Shown: one piece after another, positions 8,314-18,172 of the stretch | How positions within the stretch are numbered: the stretch's first letter is position 1 | Layout of the letters: each line of letters opens with the position of its first letter | DNA from: Planctomycetota bacterium | GTDB taxonomy: Bacteria > Planctomycetota > UBA1135 > UBA2386 | Assembly: GCA_046290465.1 (NCBI GenBank) | Contig: JBKAGP010000001.1 | Location: 1,952,001 to 2,016,000 of the forward strand | DNA length: 64,000 nucleotides | Reading direction: 5' to 3' | Program-made: the position numbers and the translations under genes | Notes under the pieces: model-generated | The model's database searches: none | What the model saw: only the letters and a program-made list of their open reading frames with translations | Told to the model about the DNA's origin: nothing

Positions 8314-11075
8314 GTGCGCGCGAACACGCGCAGCGCCGTCACGACCATGTCGGGGAACAGCGCGCGGTTGTAGGTCATCCGGAAGCGGAAGCCGGTGATC
8401 GAGTCGAGCTGGATGCCCGGGCCCGAACCCGAACCGACGCCTTCGCGCCACGGCTTGATCGTGCCCTCGATCGGGGTCGTGCCCGACTGGTCGAGCTCGG
8501 CGCCCTGGAACTCGATGACCACCGGCAGCGTGATCGGGCCACCGACCTCGAAGGCCTTCTGCGTGCCCGCCGCACCCGAGTCGGTGTAGGTGATGTCGAC
8601 CACGCCGTCACCGTCGGTGTCGACGTCGAGTTCGTAGCGCTCCCACGTCGGCGGGAACACCAGGCCGGTCGCGTACCACAGCGACGCGTCCCCCGACAGG
8701 TCGTCGCGGTCGGTCAGCGGGCCGCTGTTCTCCCCGTTGACGAACGACGGGAACGACGTGCCGCCGAAGGCGACCACGCCGTTGGCCTCGAGGCGGAAGT
8801 AGCCGTCCGAGCCATTGCCGGCCTGGCCGGTCATCGCCTGCAGCGTGTTGACCATGAAGCCGACCTGGCTGCCCGCGGCGCCGCGGGTGTCGAGCGTGCC
8901 GCCGAACGACAGGTCGCGGCCGGCCTGCAGGACGAACGAGCCACCGGAGCCACCGCCGCCGGGCGACGAGATGCCGTAGGTGTCGGTCGTCGACGTGCTG
9001 TTCGGGTCGTCGCCCGAGATCACCACGCCCTGGCCACCGCGAGCGGTGAACACGGCCGTCGCGGCGATGGTCATCGTGCCGCCGCAGCGGATCGCGGCAG
9101 CGCCGCCACCGCCGGTGCCGGCGTGGCCCTTCATCCAACGCTCGGTCGGGTTCGGACCGATCGCGAGCAGGCCGTAGCCGTGGCTGCCACCACCACCACC
9201 GCCCGAGCCGGCGACCAGGAAGTGGTCGAGCGACGTGTAGCCGGGGGGCGGCGAGGTCGGCGGGTAGGGCATCAGGCTGAACGCCTGGCCGCCCGCGACG
9301 ATCGGCTCGCTGATGATCGTGTTGGTCGTGTTGGTGTGCACCGGCGTCGCCGCCTGGCCACCGGGACCGTTGAAGCCGCCACCGCCGCCACCGGGGCTGA
9401 AGTAGGCGCTAGAGACGTTGCCGACCGTCGGGAACGGCGCGCTGCCCCAGGTGCCGGTGGCCGGCGTCTGGATGCTGCCGACGCCGCCGGTGCCCGCGGC
9501 GTTGCCGGCGTAGGCGTGACCGGCGCGCAGGCCGATGTCCTCACCGGGCTGGCCGTCGGTCAGGTTGATGCCGCCGACGATCAGCGGGCCGGTGTCGTCA
9601 CCTTCCTGGCCGCCGTTGCCGCCGCGACCGGCGCCCGGGCCACCGAGCGTGCCCTGCTGGACCGCCGTGGTCGGGTTGCCGATGCGGGCGTTGAACGTCG
9701 AGGCGCGCAGGCCCGTCGCCGGACCCGAGGTCTGGATCGTGAACGGCAGGTCGCTGCCGTCGACGTCGATGGTGCCGGCGATGTTGACGTCGCCGCGCAC
9801 GCGCACGACCGGCGGCACGGTGCCGGTGAAGCGCACGGTCGTGCCTTCCGGAACCGAGAAGTCGGTGAAGAAGAACCGGCCGTCGGTGATCGTGTATTCC
9901 TGGCCGGTCAGCGAGACCGACTGCGGGATCACGAACAGGTCGGTGTTCCACTCGAACGTGTTGGCGCCGACCGGGTTGCCCAGCGTCGGGTCGAACGAGC
10001 CGTGACGGCCGTCGCCACCGATCAGGCCCGGACGCGCGCCGGGGCCCTGGGCACCGCCCCAGGTGCCGCCCGAGACGACCGGCTCCTGCTTGGAGTTGCT
10101 CTGGAACGTCTCGGTGATCTCGATCGGCGTCGAGACGCCTTCCTGCGTCAGGATGATGAACTTGGCCGGAACCGCCGAGCGACCCGACAGGTCGCGCAGG
10201 TCGGCGGTCACGCGCACCGTCAGGCACGAGTTGCCGGGCAGCTGCACCGACGGCGTGTAGGTCACCACCGTGACCTCGCGCTGGCCGACCACCTCGGTCG
10301 ACAGCTGCGGCAGGCCACCGAGCGCGATGCCCTCGGCCTCTTCGTCGCACAGGCCGTTCGGCAGCTGGCCACGCAGCACGACGCGGATCGGCGAGGCTTC
10401 GCCGAGCGAGACCTGCAGCGGGGTCGTGTCGATCAGCTCCGAGAAGCGCAGCACGATCGTCGGGTTGACCGGCGCGTTGGTCAGCTGGGTCGGCGCGATC
10501 AGCTCGACCATCGGCGGCGCCTGGTCCTCGTCGAGGATGCCGAGCGACGCCACCACCGTGCACGAGAACTCCTGCTCGAGGCCGTCGCCCGACAGGTTCT
10601 TGACGCTCTGCGCGATCGAGGGGCCGCCGGCCAGCGTGATGATGTAGCTCTCGTTGCGCTGGAAGCCGAACGTGCTGACGCCGTTGACCGTGGTCACACG
10701 CGGCACGAACACCACCTCCGAGCCGGTGACCTGGAAGTCGCCGGCCGGCGCGACGCCCGTCGCGGTGCGGATCGAGATGCTCGCGCCGTTGACTGTGTCG
10801 GGAGCGACCGCGTCCGAAAACTTGAAGCGGATCCGCTGGTTCTCGGCGATCTCCGTGACGGAGCAGCCCGTCTGCGAGCAGCCGAGGTCACAGCTGATGA
10901 TGCAGAAGGCCTGGCCACCGAGGCAGCGGATGCGCAGGGACGACGAGGCGTCGCCGCCGCCGCTGCCGCAGCTGGTCAGCACCAGCGCGGTGACGAAGAA
11001 CAGGATGGAGAGGGCGTTGCGCATGATGGATGCAGATTGGGTCGAGATGCGGTGCGTGCCGTTCGAATCGGACAT
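8310..11075 (-). CDS. Large glycine-rich Ig-like-domain lipoprotein, class A paralog 1
   Basis: Lipobox LTSC followed by GSGGG; Cys cluster; two Ig-like modules (IRFKFSDAV, IVLRFSELID...LRDLSG); IGGDGRHGSF; long Gly-rich region. Alternative start at 11024. Confidence 0.8.
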   Translation of the reverse strand: MSDSNGTHRISTQSASIMRNALSILFFVTALVLTSCGSGGGDASSSLRIRCLGGQAFCIISCDLGCSQTGCSVTEIAENQRIRFKFSDAVAPDTVNGASISIRTATGVAPAGDFQVTGSEVVFVPRVTTVNGVSTFGFQRNESYIITLAGGPSIAQSVKNLSGDGLEQEFSCTVVASLGILDEDQAPPMVELIAPTQLTNAPVNPTIVLRFSELIDTTPLQVSLGEASPIRVVLRGQLPNGLCDEEAEGIALGGLPQLSTEVVGQREVTVVTYTPSVQLPGNSCLTVRVTADLRDLSGRSAVPAKFIILTQEGVSTPIEITETFQSNSKQEPVVSGGTWGGAQGPGARPGLIGGDGRHGSFDPTLGNPVGANTFEWNTDLFVIPQSVSLTGQEYTITDGRFFFTDFSVPEGTTVRFTGTVPPVVRVRGDVNIAGTIDVDGSDLPFTIQTSGPATGLRASTFNARIGNPTTAVQQGTLGGPGAGRGGNGGQEGDDTGPLIVGGINLTDGQPGEDIGLRAGHAYAGNAAGTGGVGSIQTPATGTWGSAPFPTVGNVSSAYFSPGGGGGGFNGPGGQAATPVHTNTTNTIISEPIVAGGQAFSLMPYPPTSPPPGYTSLDHFLVAGSGGGGGGSHGYGLLAIGPNPTERWMKGHAGTGGGGAAAIRCGGTMTIAATAVFTARGGQGVVISGDDPNSTSTTDTYGISSPGGGGSGGSFVLQAGRDLSFGGTLDTRGAAGSQVGFMVNTLQAMTGQAGNGSDGYFRLEANGVVAFGGTSFPSFVNGENSGPLTDRDDLSGDASLWYATGLVFPPTWERYELDVDTDGDGVVDITYTDSGAAGTQKAFEVGGPITLPVVIEFQGAELDQSGTTPIEGTIKPWREGVGSGSGPGIQLDSITGFRFRMTYNRALFPDMVVTALRVFART

Positions 11076-13729
11076 CAGTTGCGGTAGACGACGGTGAGCT
11101 TGTCGATGGTCACGTTCGTCGCCACCGTGCGGTCGATGAACAGCATGTAGCGGTAGCCGTTGAGACCGTCCGAGGCGATGCCGGTCTGGTTCGAGCTGCT
11201 GCGGACCGAGCTGCGCCACGGGCGCGGCACGGCGTTGAGGACCTCACCGGTGGTGACGTCGAGGTTGGCGGCCTGGAACAGCACGCGGATCGGCGCGCCG
11301 ATCGTCGCCTCCATCGGCGACACGGACGGATCGTCGCTGAACGTCATCGGCACGCCGTCGACGGTCGCCTCGATCACGTAGCGGGTGAACTCCGGGCCGA
11401 AGATCAGCTCGGTCGAGTAGTAGAGCGACCGCATGCTGACCAGGTCGTCGACCTCGGTAAGCGTGCCGACGTTGTCGACGGTCGGAGCCGGCGACATCGA
11501 CGACAGGTCGCCGACGGTCGGCGCGGTCGGCTTCTCGAAGCGCACGAAGCCGGGGCCGCCGTCGCCGCCCTGGATCTCGACGATGCCGTTGTTCGGACCG
11601 AGGCCGTTGCCGCCCTGACGACGGAAGAAGCCACCGTTGCCGCCGCGCACGTCGATCTGGCCGATCAGCTCCGAGGTGCCCGCCGTCTGCATGACGATCG
11701 AGCCGCCCGAGCCGCCGCCCGCCGGCGCGACCTGCGCACCGGCCGAGGTGCCGACGTAGTCGAAGGCGCTGCCGCCGACCGCCAGCAGGCGACCGTTCGG
11801 ACCGACGCGGAACGAACGACCCGAGCGCAGCGCCATCGCGCCAGCGCCGCCGCCGCCACCGGCACCCGACGCCCACGACTTGGCGAGGCTGAGCGACAGC
11901 GTGCAGCCGCTGCCCGAACCGCCGCCGCCGGCGCCGCCGACGAGGAAGTGCTGCGAGCTCGGCTGCAGGCCGGCGCCCGGGAACGGGAACAGCTGGAACG
12001 CGACGCCGCCGGGGGCCGGCGGGCCCATGAACGTCGCGGCGTTCGCCAGCGGGGTCGTGCCGCTGAAGATGTTGACGACGCGGCCATCGTCCCCGGGCTG
12101 GTAGAGGCCGCCGCCGCTGCCGCCGGCCGTGGCCGACAGGCTGTAGGCGAGACCGACCGGCGGGTTCTGGCCGAACTGCTGGTCGGCGTCGAGGCCGGAC
12201 GCGGGGTAGAGCTCGGAGCCCTGGCCGCCGGTGCCGGCGCGCGCGCCGAGGTAGCCGTGGCCGGCGAGCACGTTGACGTCGTCGCCGTCGCGGCCGTTGA
12301 ACTGGCCACCGACACCGGTGCCGACGCCGGCGCAACGGTCGGCACCCTGGCCACCGTCCCCACCGAAGATGCCGCCCGAGGCACCCAGCTGGCCCGAGAA
12401 CGTGTTGCCGATCTGGTTGGTCGTGACGCTCTGGCCGTTGACCTCGATGTCGCCCTGGATGTCGAGGCGGCCGGCGATCGTGATCACCGGCGGCGTGCTG
12501 CCGACGAAGCGCAGGCGCGCGTCGCCCGGCACGACCATCTTCGAGAAGAAGTAGCGGCCGTTGGTGATCGTCACCGCGGTGCCCGTCGTGGTGTTCTCCG
12601 ACGGGATCACGGTGTTGTCCGTGTTGAGCTGGTAGACGCGCTTGCCGTCGACGATCTGCTCGGTGTCGAACGCCAGGTCGAGCGAGAACTCGCCGTGGCG
12701 GCCGTCGCCGCCGATCTCGGCGAACTCGGCGATGCCGCCGGTCCACGTGCCGGCCGACGCATCGGTGTCCATCTGCGACTCGTCGTCGAAGTTCTCGATG
12801 ATCTCGAAGTCACTCAGCGGCACTTCGACCGTCTTGAACGCGAACACCTGCGGCTGCGCGGTGCGGCCCGACAGGTCGGCGACGCCGTTGGTGACGCTGA
12901 TCTCGATGCAGACGTTGCCGGGCAGCTCCTGCGCCGGCGTGAACGCCAGGATCGACACGCCGCGCGCGGCGTCGAAGCTGAGCGCCTGCGAGCCGGCGAG
13001 CGTCTGCGGCTGCGACTCGGGGTCGCACTCGGTGCCGCCGTTGCCGTCGGGACGGGTGCGGCGCACGGTGAACTCGACCGGGCTGTTCTGGCCGCTGAGG
13101 AACGGCGTGGCGTCGATCAGCTCGTTGAACTCGAGCACGATCTCGCTGTCGAGCGGCGCGGCTTCGAGGTTGGTCGGCGAGACCAGCGTCGCGCTCGGCG
13201 GCACGCCGTTGAGGTCGACGATGCCCTTGGTCGACTGCAGCGTGCAGGTCAGCGTCTGCCCGAACGGCTTGCCCGACGTGCTGCGCACGACCTCGGACTG
13301 GTTCTGGCCGCCGAGGATCGTCATCGTGTAGGTCTCACCCGAGGTGAAGCCGAAGAACGTCTGGCCACCCGAGATCGACAGCGTCGGCACGAACTCGACG
13401 CGGTTGTCGTTGACCAGGAACTCCCCCACCGGCTCGTCGCCGGTCGGCGTGCGGAAGCGGATCGACGAGCTGTTGACCGAGTTCTCGTCGACGGCCTCGC
13501 TGAAGAACAGCACGATGATCTCGTTCTGCGCGATGTCGGTGCGCGAGCAGCCGGTCGACGAGCAGCCGAGGTTGCAGCTCGCCAGGCACAGCACGCGCGA
13601 CGAGTCGCTCGAGCCGCAGTCGAATCCGGTGCTGCCCACCGTGCTGCCGCCGCCGGAGCAGCCGAAGCCACTCAGTGCAAACACCAACAGAGCAACGAGT
13701 AGCGCGTATCGAGAAACACCAACAGTCAT
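11075..13729 (-). CDS. Large glycine-rich Ig-like-domain lipoprotein, class A paralog 2
   Basis: Signal peptide ending GFGC-SGGG; same motif order as paralog 1 (CLASCNLGCSSTGC, FVPT, TFFGF, IGGDGRHGEF, HFLVGGAGGGG). Confidence 0.8.
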   Translation of the reverse strand: MTVGVSRYALLVALLVFALSGFGCSGGGSTVGSTGFDCGSSDSSRVLCLASCNLGCSSTGCSRTDIAQNEIIVLFFSEAVDENSVNSSSIRFRTPTGDEPVGEFLVNDNRVEFVPTLSISGGQTFFGFTSGETYTMTILGGQNQSEVVRSTSGKPFGQTLTCTLQSTKGIVDLNGVPPSATLVSPTNLEAAPLDSEIVLEFNELIDATPFLSGQNSPVEFTVRRTRPDGNGGTECDPESQPQTLAGSQALSFDAARGVSILAFTPAQELPGNVCIEISVTNGVADLSGRTAQPQVFAFKTVEVPLSDFEIIENFDDESQMDTDASAGTWTGGIAEFAEIGGDGRHGEFSLDLAFDTEQIVDGKRVYQLNTDNTVIPSENTTTGTAVTITNGRYFFSKMVVPGDARLRFVGSTPPVITIAGRLDIQGDIEVNGQSVTTNQIGNTFSGQLGASGGIFGGDGGQGADRCAGVGTGVGGQFNGRDGDDVNVLAGHGYLGARAGTGGQGSELYPASGLDADQQFGQNPPVGLAYSLSATAGGSGGGLYQPGDDGRVVNIFSGTTPLANAATFMGPPAPGGVAFQLFPFPGAGLQPSSQHFLVGGAGGGGSGSGCTLSLSLAKSWASGAGGGGGAGAMALRSGRSFRVGPNGRLLAVGGSAFDYVGTSAGAQVAPAGGGSGGSIVMQTAGTSELIGQIDVRGGNGGFFRRQGGNGLGPNNGIVEIQGGDGGPGFVRFEKPTAPTVGDLSSMSPAPTVDNVGTLTEVDDLVSMRSLYYSTELIFGPEFTRYVIEATVDGVPMTFSDDPSVSPMEATIGAPIRVLFQAANLDVTTGEVLNAVPRPWRSSVRSSSNQTGIASDGLNGYRYMLFIDRTVATNVTIDKLTVVYRN

Positions 13730-14232
13730 GTTCGCTCCGGGTTGAGAACCGCGTCGGGAGGGGACGGTCTCAGCTTGTTCTGTAATCGTCGGATCGGGGT
13801 CCACCGGAACACACCTCACCTTGGCGGGCGAGGCCTGCTCGAAGCGGATCTGAGCACACGATGTCTTTTCGGCGTTCGAGAGGGGGAATCGAAAGCCTGG
13901 GGGACGAGGGCGCAGATCGGGCAAGGAAACCATACCGCAGGAGTTGCTGCAAGGTCGGCGTGGGCCGGTGGATGGAGAAGGGCGAGGGGGACGGGTCGGG
14001 TACTGTCGACAATTTCCATGCCGCGACCCCTGGATCCCCCACCGCCCGCTGGCGCTCGCGACCAAGCCACGGCACCATCGCGACTTGCGGCTCGCCGACG
14101 GTGCGGCCGGACGCCCCCGGACGGGCGTTCGCGATCGCTCACCTCCGGGGCGGGATCGCTACGGCACGTTGCATTGTTCGACATCGAACAGAGGGTGACG
14201 ACCGGATCCAGCCCATCTAAGTTGCCTCCGAG

Positions 14233-15324
14233 ATGACTTCCGCAGCTCCCGAACGCCGCTCGCCGGCGACTGTTCTCCTGCTGACCGCGCTGACCGGCGT
14301 GGTCGCGTTCACCGGCTACCAGTCCTGGAGCAACGGCCGCCAGCTGCAGGACCAGGCCGAACGGCTGGCCGCATCGCAGCAGACCGTCGAGGAACTGCTC
14401 GGCGAGGTCACGCGCCTGCGCATCGAGCAGAGCGTGGACGGCATGGGCGCGCCGGCGCTGATCGAGCGGCTGCAGACCTACGCGCCGCTGATGTCGGATG
14501 CGCGCGTGACCGAGCCCGACTACAAGAACGCCAAGAAGGAGATCGTCGCGATCTTGCGCGCGTTCGAATCGCTCGACAAGGAAGAGGCTTGGGGACCGGT
14601 GGTCGCGCGCCTCGAGGAGGCCGATCCGCGCAAGGACTTCGAGGAGGTCAAGTGGCTGCTCGAGATCGCGGTGCGCGTCGACCTGACCGCCGGCAAGCAG
14701 ATCGTCAAGGAGGTCATGCTCGGCCTGCGGCTGCCCAACCCGCGGCTGCGCTGGTTCGCCTGCCGGGTGATGACCGAGCGCGACATCCAGCTCGCCCGCC
14801 AGCTGATGCGGCGGATCCTCGACACCGAGTCGGCGCGCGGCATCAACACCGACCGCGCGGCGACCTACGGCATGGCGGTCCCCGACAAGGCGGCCTACGC
14901 GGTCACCGGCTTCAACAACTTCGTCAGCCGCTACCTGCAGACCGACGATCCGAAGACCGAGGACACGCTGATCCAGCTGCTGCACCGCGTCGAGCACGAC
15001 CAGATCACCATCCAGGAGTGCGTGCGCGAACTCGGCCGGCGCAAGAGCAAGCGCGCCGTCAAGCTGATCAAGAAGCTCTACGACAACCCGCCGCTCGCGC
15101 AGCAGAACCCGCTGTTCTTCGGGCACGTGATCGACGCGATCGCGACCATCGAGGGCAAGGACTCGATCGAGTGGCTCGAGTCGAAGCTGCCGACCGCGGC
15201 GACCGACGTGGTCGCCGCGCGCATCCAGAACGCGCTCGACTGCGTGCGCGCCGGCAAGCCGGTGATGCCGCAGGTGCCGCAGGCCGGCATGGGCAACCGA
15301 CTCAACGCGGCGCGCGGCCGCTAG
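14233..15324 (+). CDS. Hypothetical membrane-anchored helical protein (coiled coil plus HEAT-like repeats)
   Basis: N-terminal TM segment, Q/E/L heptad region, amphipathic helical C-terminus; strong codon bias. Confidence 0.75.
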   Translation: MTSAAPERRSPATVLLLTALTGVVAFTGYQSWSNGRQLQDQAERLAASQQTVEELLGEVTRLRIEQSVDGMGAPALIERLQTYAPLMSDARVTEPDYKNAKKEIVAILRAFESLDKEEAWGPVVARLEEADPRKDFEEVKWLLEIAVRVDLTAGKQIVKEVMLGLRLPNPRLRWFACRVMTERDIQLARQLMRRILDTESARGINTDRAATYGMAVPDKAAYAVTGFNNFVSRYLQTDDPKTEDTLIQLLHRVEHDQITIQECVRELGRRKSKRAVKLIKKLYDNPPLAQQNPLFFGHVIDAIATIEGKDSIEWLESKLPTAATDVVAARIQNALDCVRAGKPVMPQVPQAGMGNRLNAARGR

Positions 15325-15341
15325 GGTGCCGCGTCGCGGCG

Positions 15342-18017
15342 TCAGTTCTCGTAGACGATCGTGACGCGCTGCACGACGACCTGCTGCGCGAACGCGCGGT
15401 CGACGACGACGCGGAAGCGCACCGCGTTGCCCTGGTCGCTCTGCACGCCCGGCTCGAACTGGGTCGAGCCGACGCGCGGCCGCCACGGCCCCACCACGGC
15501 GAACGCGCCGGTGGCCGGATCCTCGGTCGCAGCCTGGAACACCGCGCGCAGCGGCGCGCCCGGACCGGCCATCATCGGCGACACCTGCGGGTCGTCGCTG
15601 AACGACAGCTGCTGGCCGTCGACCAGCGCGTCGATCTGGTAGCGCACGAACCGCGGCGGCAGCGGCAGGCCGGTCGCGTAGAACGTCGACTGGCAGGCGA
15701 CGCGCAAGTCACGTTCGAGCAGTTCCCCGACGGTCCGCGCCGCGGCTGGCTGCACCGTGCCCTGCAGGGTTGCACTGGTGCCGGCGAGCGCCTCCTGGCG
15801 CACCAGACCGGCGCCGCCGTCGCCGGCGCGCGTCGACAGCGCCGCGCCGTTGGGCGGCGACAGGAAGCCGCGTTCGTAGAGGCCGCCGAGACCGCCGCGC
15901 ACGTCGAGCTGCCCGAACACGTCGTTGCTGCCGGCCGACTGCAGCACGATCGCCCCGCCGCCGCCGCCACCGCCGGGCACGCCCTGCACCGCAGCCCCGG
16001 TCGCCGTACTGTCGACGGTGCTGCCGCCGCGGGCCACGATGCTGCCGTCCGCGGTGACCAGCAGCGAGCCGCCGGCGCGCAGCGCGACCGCGCCGCCGCC
16101 GCCGCCGCCACCACCGCCCGGCGACCACTGCGCCACCGAACTCGAGTTGAACGACAGCATCGTGTTGCTGGCCGAACCGCCGCCGCCACCGCCACCGAGC
16201 AGGTAGTGCTCGGAGCTGCGCGCGCCGGCCGGGAACGGCAACAGCTGCGGCTCGGGCGACGGGCCGGCCGACGGACCGAAGGCTTCGGTCCACGGGGCGA
16301 CGCCGGAGACCGGATCGGGGATGTTGTTGGACTGCGCCGCGCCGGCCGTGCCCGCCGACGCGCCGCTGCCGCCGCCGCCGCCGGCGGGCGTGCTCAGGCA
16401 GACCGCGAACGTCGACGCCGCCGGGTTGAACAGGCGGTCCGCGTCGAGCCCGGTCGCCGGCACCAGCTGCGAGCCGCGACCGCCCGTTCCGGCGGCGGCG
16501 CCGGCGTAGGCGTGGCCCGCCGGCAGGCGCACGTCGTCGCCGTCGCGCCCGGCGAAGGCGCCGCCGCCGGTGCCCGAACCGTCGGCCTGGTCGCCGCCGT
16601 CGCCACCGCCACCGCCGCCGGCGCCGCCGCGGCCACCGGGCTGGCCGGCCGGGTCGTTGAAGCCCGAGACGGCGACGACCGAACCGCCGGACAGGTCGAG
16701 TTCGCCCCGCACCTCGATGCGGCCCGCGACCGAGATCCGCGCCGGGCTGTCGCCGACGAACCGCACGCGCACGTCGGCCGGGATCACGAACTCGCTGAAG
16801 AAGAAGCGGCCGTCGGTCACCGTCAGTTCGCTGCCGGTGCCGGTGCGCGACGCTGGCACGGTCGTCTGGTCACAGTCGATCGTGTAGGTGTCGATGCCGC
16901 CTTCGACGACCGGCGTGCCCGCCAGCGACAGCTCGAACGCGCCGTGTCGGGCATCGCCGCCGATCGCCGCGAAGCGCAGCTCGCCCTGCCCCCACTGGCC
17001 ACCGGATCGATCCGCGTCGAAGCGCGCCTGGTCGGTGAACGCCTCGACGATCGGCAGCTCCGTCAGCGGCTGCGCGAAGGTCGTGAACGAGAACGCCGCG
17101 GGGATCGCCGAGCGCCCCGAGAGGTCGGTCACCGCCGAGGTCACCTCGACCTCGACGCACGCGTTGGGCGGCAGCGGCTGCGACGGCTGGAACAGGATCA
17201 CGCTGACCCCGCGCGCCGCGTCGAACTGCGCGAACTGCGAGCCGGGCAGCGCCTCCGGGGTCGACCCCGGATCGCAGGCCAGCCCGCCGTTGCCGTCGTC
17301 GACCGTGCCGCGCACGGTGACCTTCACCGGCGTCTCGCCGCCACCGAGGAACGGCGTCACGTCGATCAGTTCGCTGAACTCGAGTTCGACCAGGGCATCG
17401 GGCGCGACGTTGCTGGCCGCGATCGGGCTGCGCAGCGTCGCGACCGGCGGCGACTCGTCGAAGTCGACGATGCCGAGCCTCGACTGCAGCGTGCACGACA
17501 GCGTGCGGCCGAACGCGCGGCCCGACGTGCCGCGCACGACCCGCGCCGAGTTCTCGCCGCCGACGATCGTCAGCACGTAGGTCTCGCCGCTGGTGAAGCC
17601 GAAGAACGTCTGGCCGCCCGACACCGACACCGTCGGCACGAACTCGACGCGGTTGCCGACGACGACCAGTTCGCCGACCGCCGGCGCGCCGTTCGCCGTG
17701 CGGATCACGATCGACGAGTTGTCGACCGTGGTCGGGTCGAGGTTCTCGCTGAACACCAGTTGCAGGCGTTCGTTCTGCGCGATCTCGGTGCGGCCACAGC
17801 CGGTCGACGAACAGCCGAGGCTGCAGCTCTGCAGGCACAGCGTGTCGGCGCCATCGCCTTCGCAGCGGAACGTCTGCTCGCCGCGCGGCAGGTCGCCGCC
17901 GCCGCCACCACAGGACGTCGACAGGCTCGCCGCCGCGACGAGCATCAGGGACAGAAGGAACGGGACAGAGCAGTGGCGCGAACGCGCCGCGCGCGAACCG
18001 ACAGATCGGGCAGGCAT
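15342..18017 (-). CDS. Large glycine-rich Ig-like-domain lipoprotein, class A paralog 3
   Basis: Lipobox STSC-GGGGG; CLQSCSLGCSSTGC; collinear with paralog 2 (RVEFVPTxSxSGGQTFFGFTSGETY shared). Confidence 0.8.
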   Translation of the reverse strand: MPARSVGSRAARSRHCSVPFLLSLMLVAAASLSTSCGGGGGDLPRGEQTFRCEGDGADTLCLQSCSLGCSSTGCGRTEIAQNERLQLVFSENLDPTTVDNSSIVIRTANGAPAVGELVVVGNRVEFVPTVSVSGGQTFFGFTSGETYVLTIVGGENSARVVRGTSGRAFGRTLSCTLQSRLGIVDFDESPPVATLRSPIAASNVAPDALVELEFSELIDVTPFLGGGETPVKVTVRGTVDDGNGGLACDPGSTPEALPGSQFAQFDAARGVSVILFQPSQPLPPNACVEVEVTSAVTDLSGRSAIPAAFSFTTFAQPLTELPIVEAFTDQARFDADRSGGQWGQGELRFAAIGGDARHGAFELSLAGTPVVEGGIDTYTIDCDQTTVPASRTGTGSELTVTDGRFFFSEFVIPADVRVRFVGDSPARISVAGRIEVRGELDLSGGSVVAVSGFNDPAGQPGGRGGAGGGGGGDGGDQADGSGTGGGAFAGRDGDDVRLPAGHAYAGAAAGTGGRGSQLVPATGLDADRLFNPAASTFAVCLSTPAGGGGGSGASAGTAGAAQSNNIPDPVSGVAPWTEAFGPSAGPSPEPQLLPFPAGARSSEHYLLGGGGGGGSASNTMLSFNSSSVAQWSPGGGGGGGGGAVALRAGGSLLVTADGSIVARGGSTVDSTATGAAVQGVPGGGGGGGAIVLQSAGSNDVFGQLDVRGGLGGLYERGFLSPPNGAALSTRAGDGGAGLVRQEALAGTSATLQGTVQPAAARTVGELLERDLRVACQSTFYATGLPLPPRFVRYQIDALVDGQQLSFSDDPQVSPMMAGPGAPLRAVFQAATEDPATGAFAVVGPWRPRVGSTQFEPGVQSDQGNAVRFRVVVDRAFAQQVVVQRVTIVYEN

Positions 18018-18172
18018 CGGATCCTCCGAAGTTGGCGGTTCGTCCTGGCGCCCTGCCGAAGACTCACCGTTCGGATGAGGGGCTGCCGGTACCTAGCCCG
18101 GCCGCGCGCGGAGGTGACGCGTCGCGCGCGGATTCCTGCCGGGCGTGCACTTGCGCACGCCGCTCGCGGCGA

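Noticed and set aside
14160..14180. Sigma54-like promoter cggcacgttgcattg
   Set aside because: The GG-N10-GC spacing is not satisfied.
8310..18017. PE-PGRS or collagen-like annotation for the Gly-rich proteins
   Set aside because: There is no PE domain and no continuous Gly-X-Y triplets. The resemblance is compositional only.
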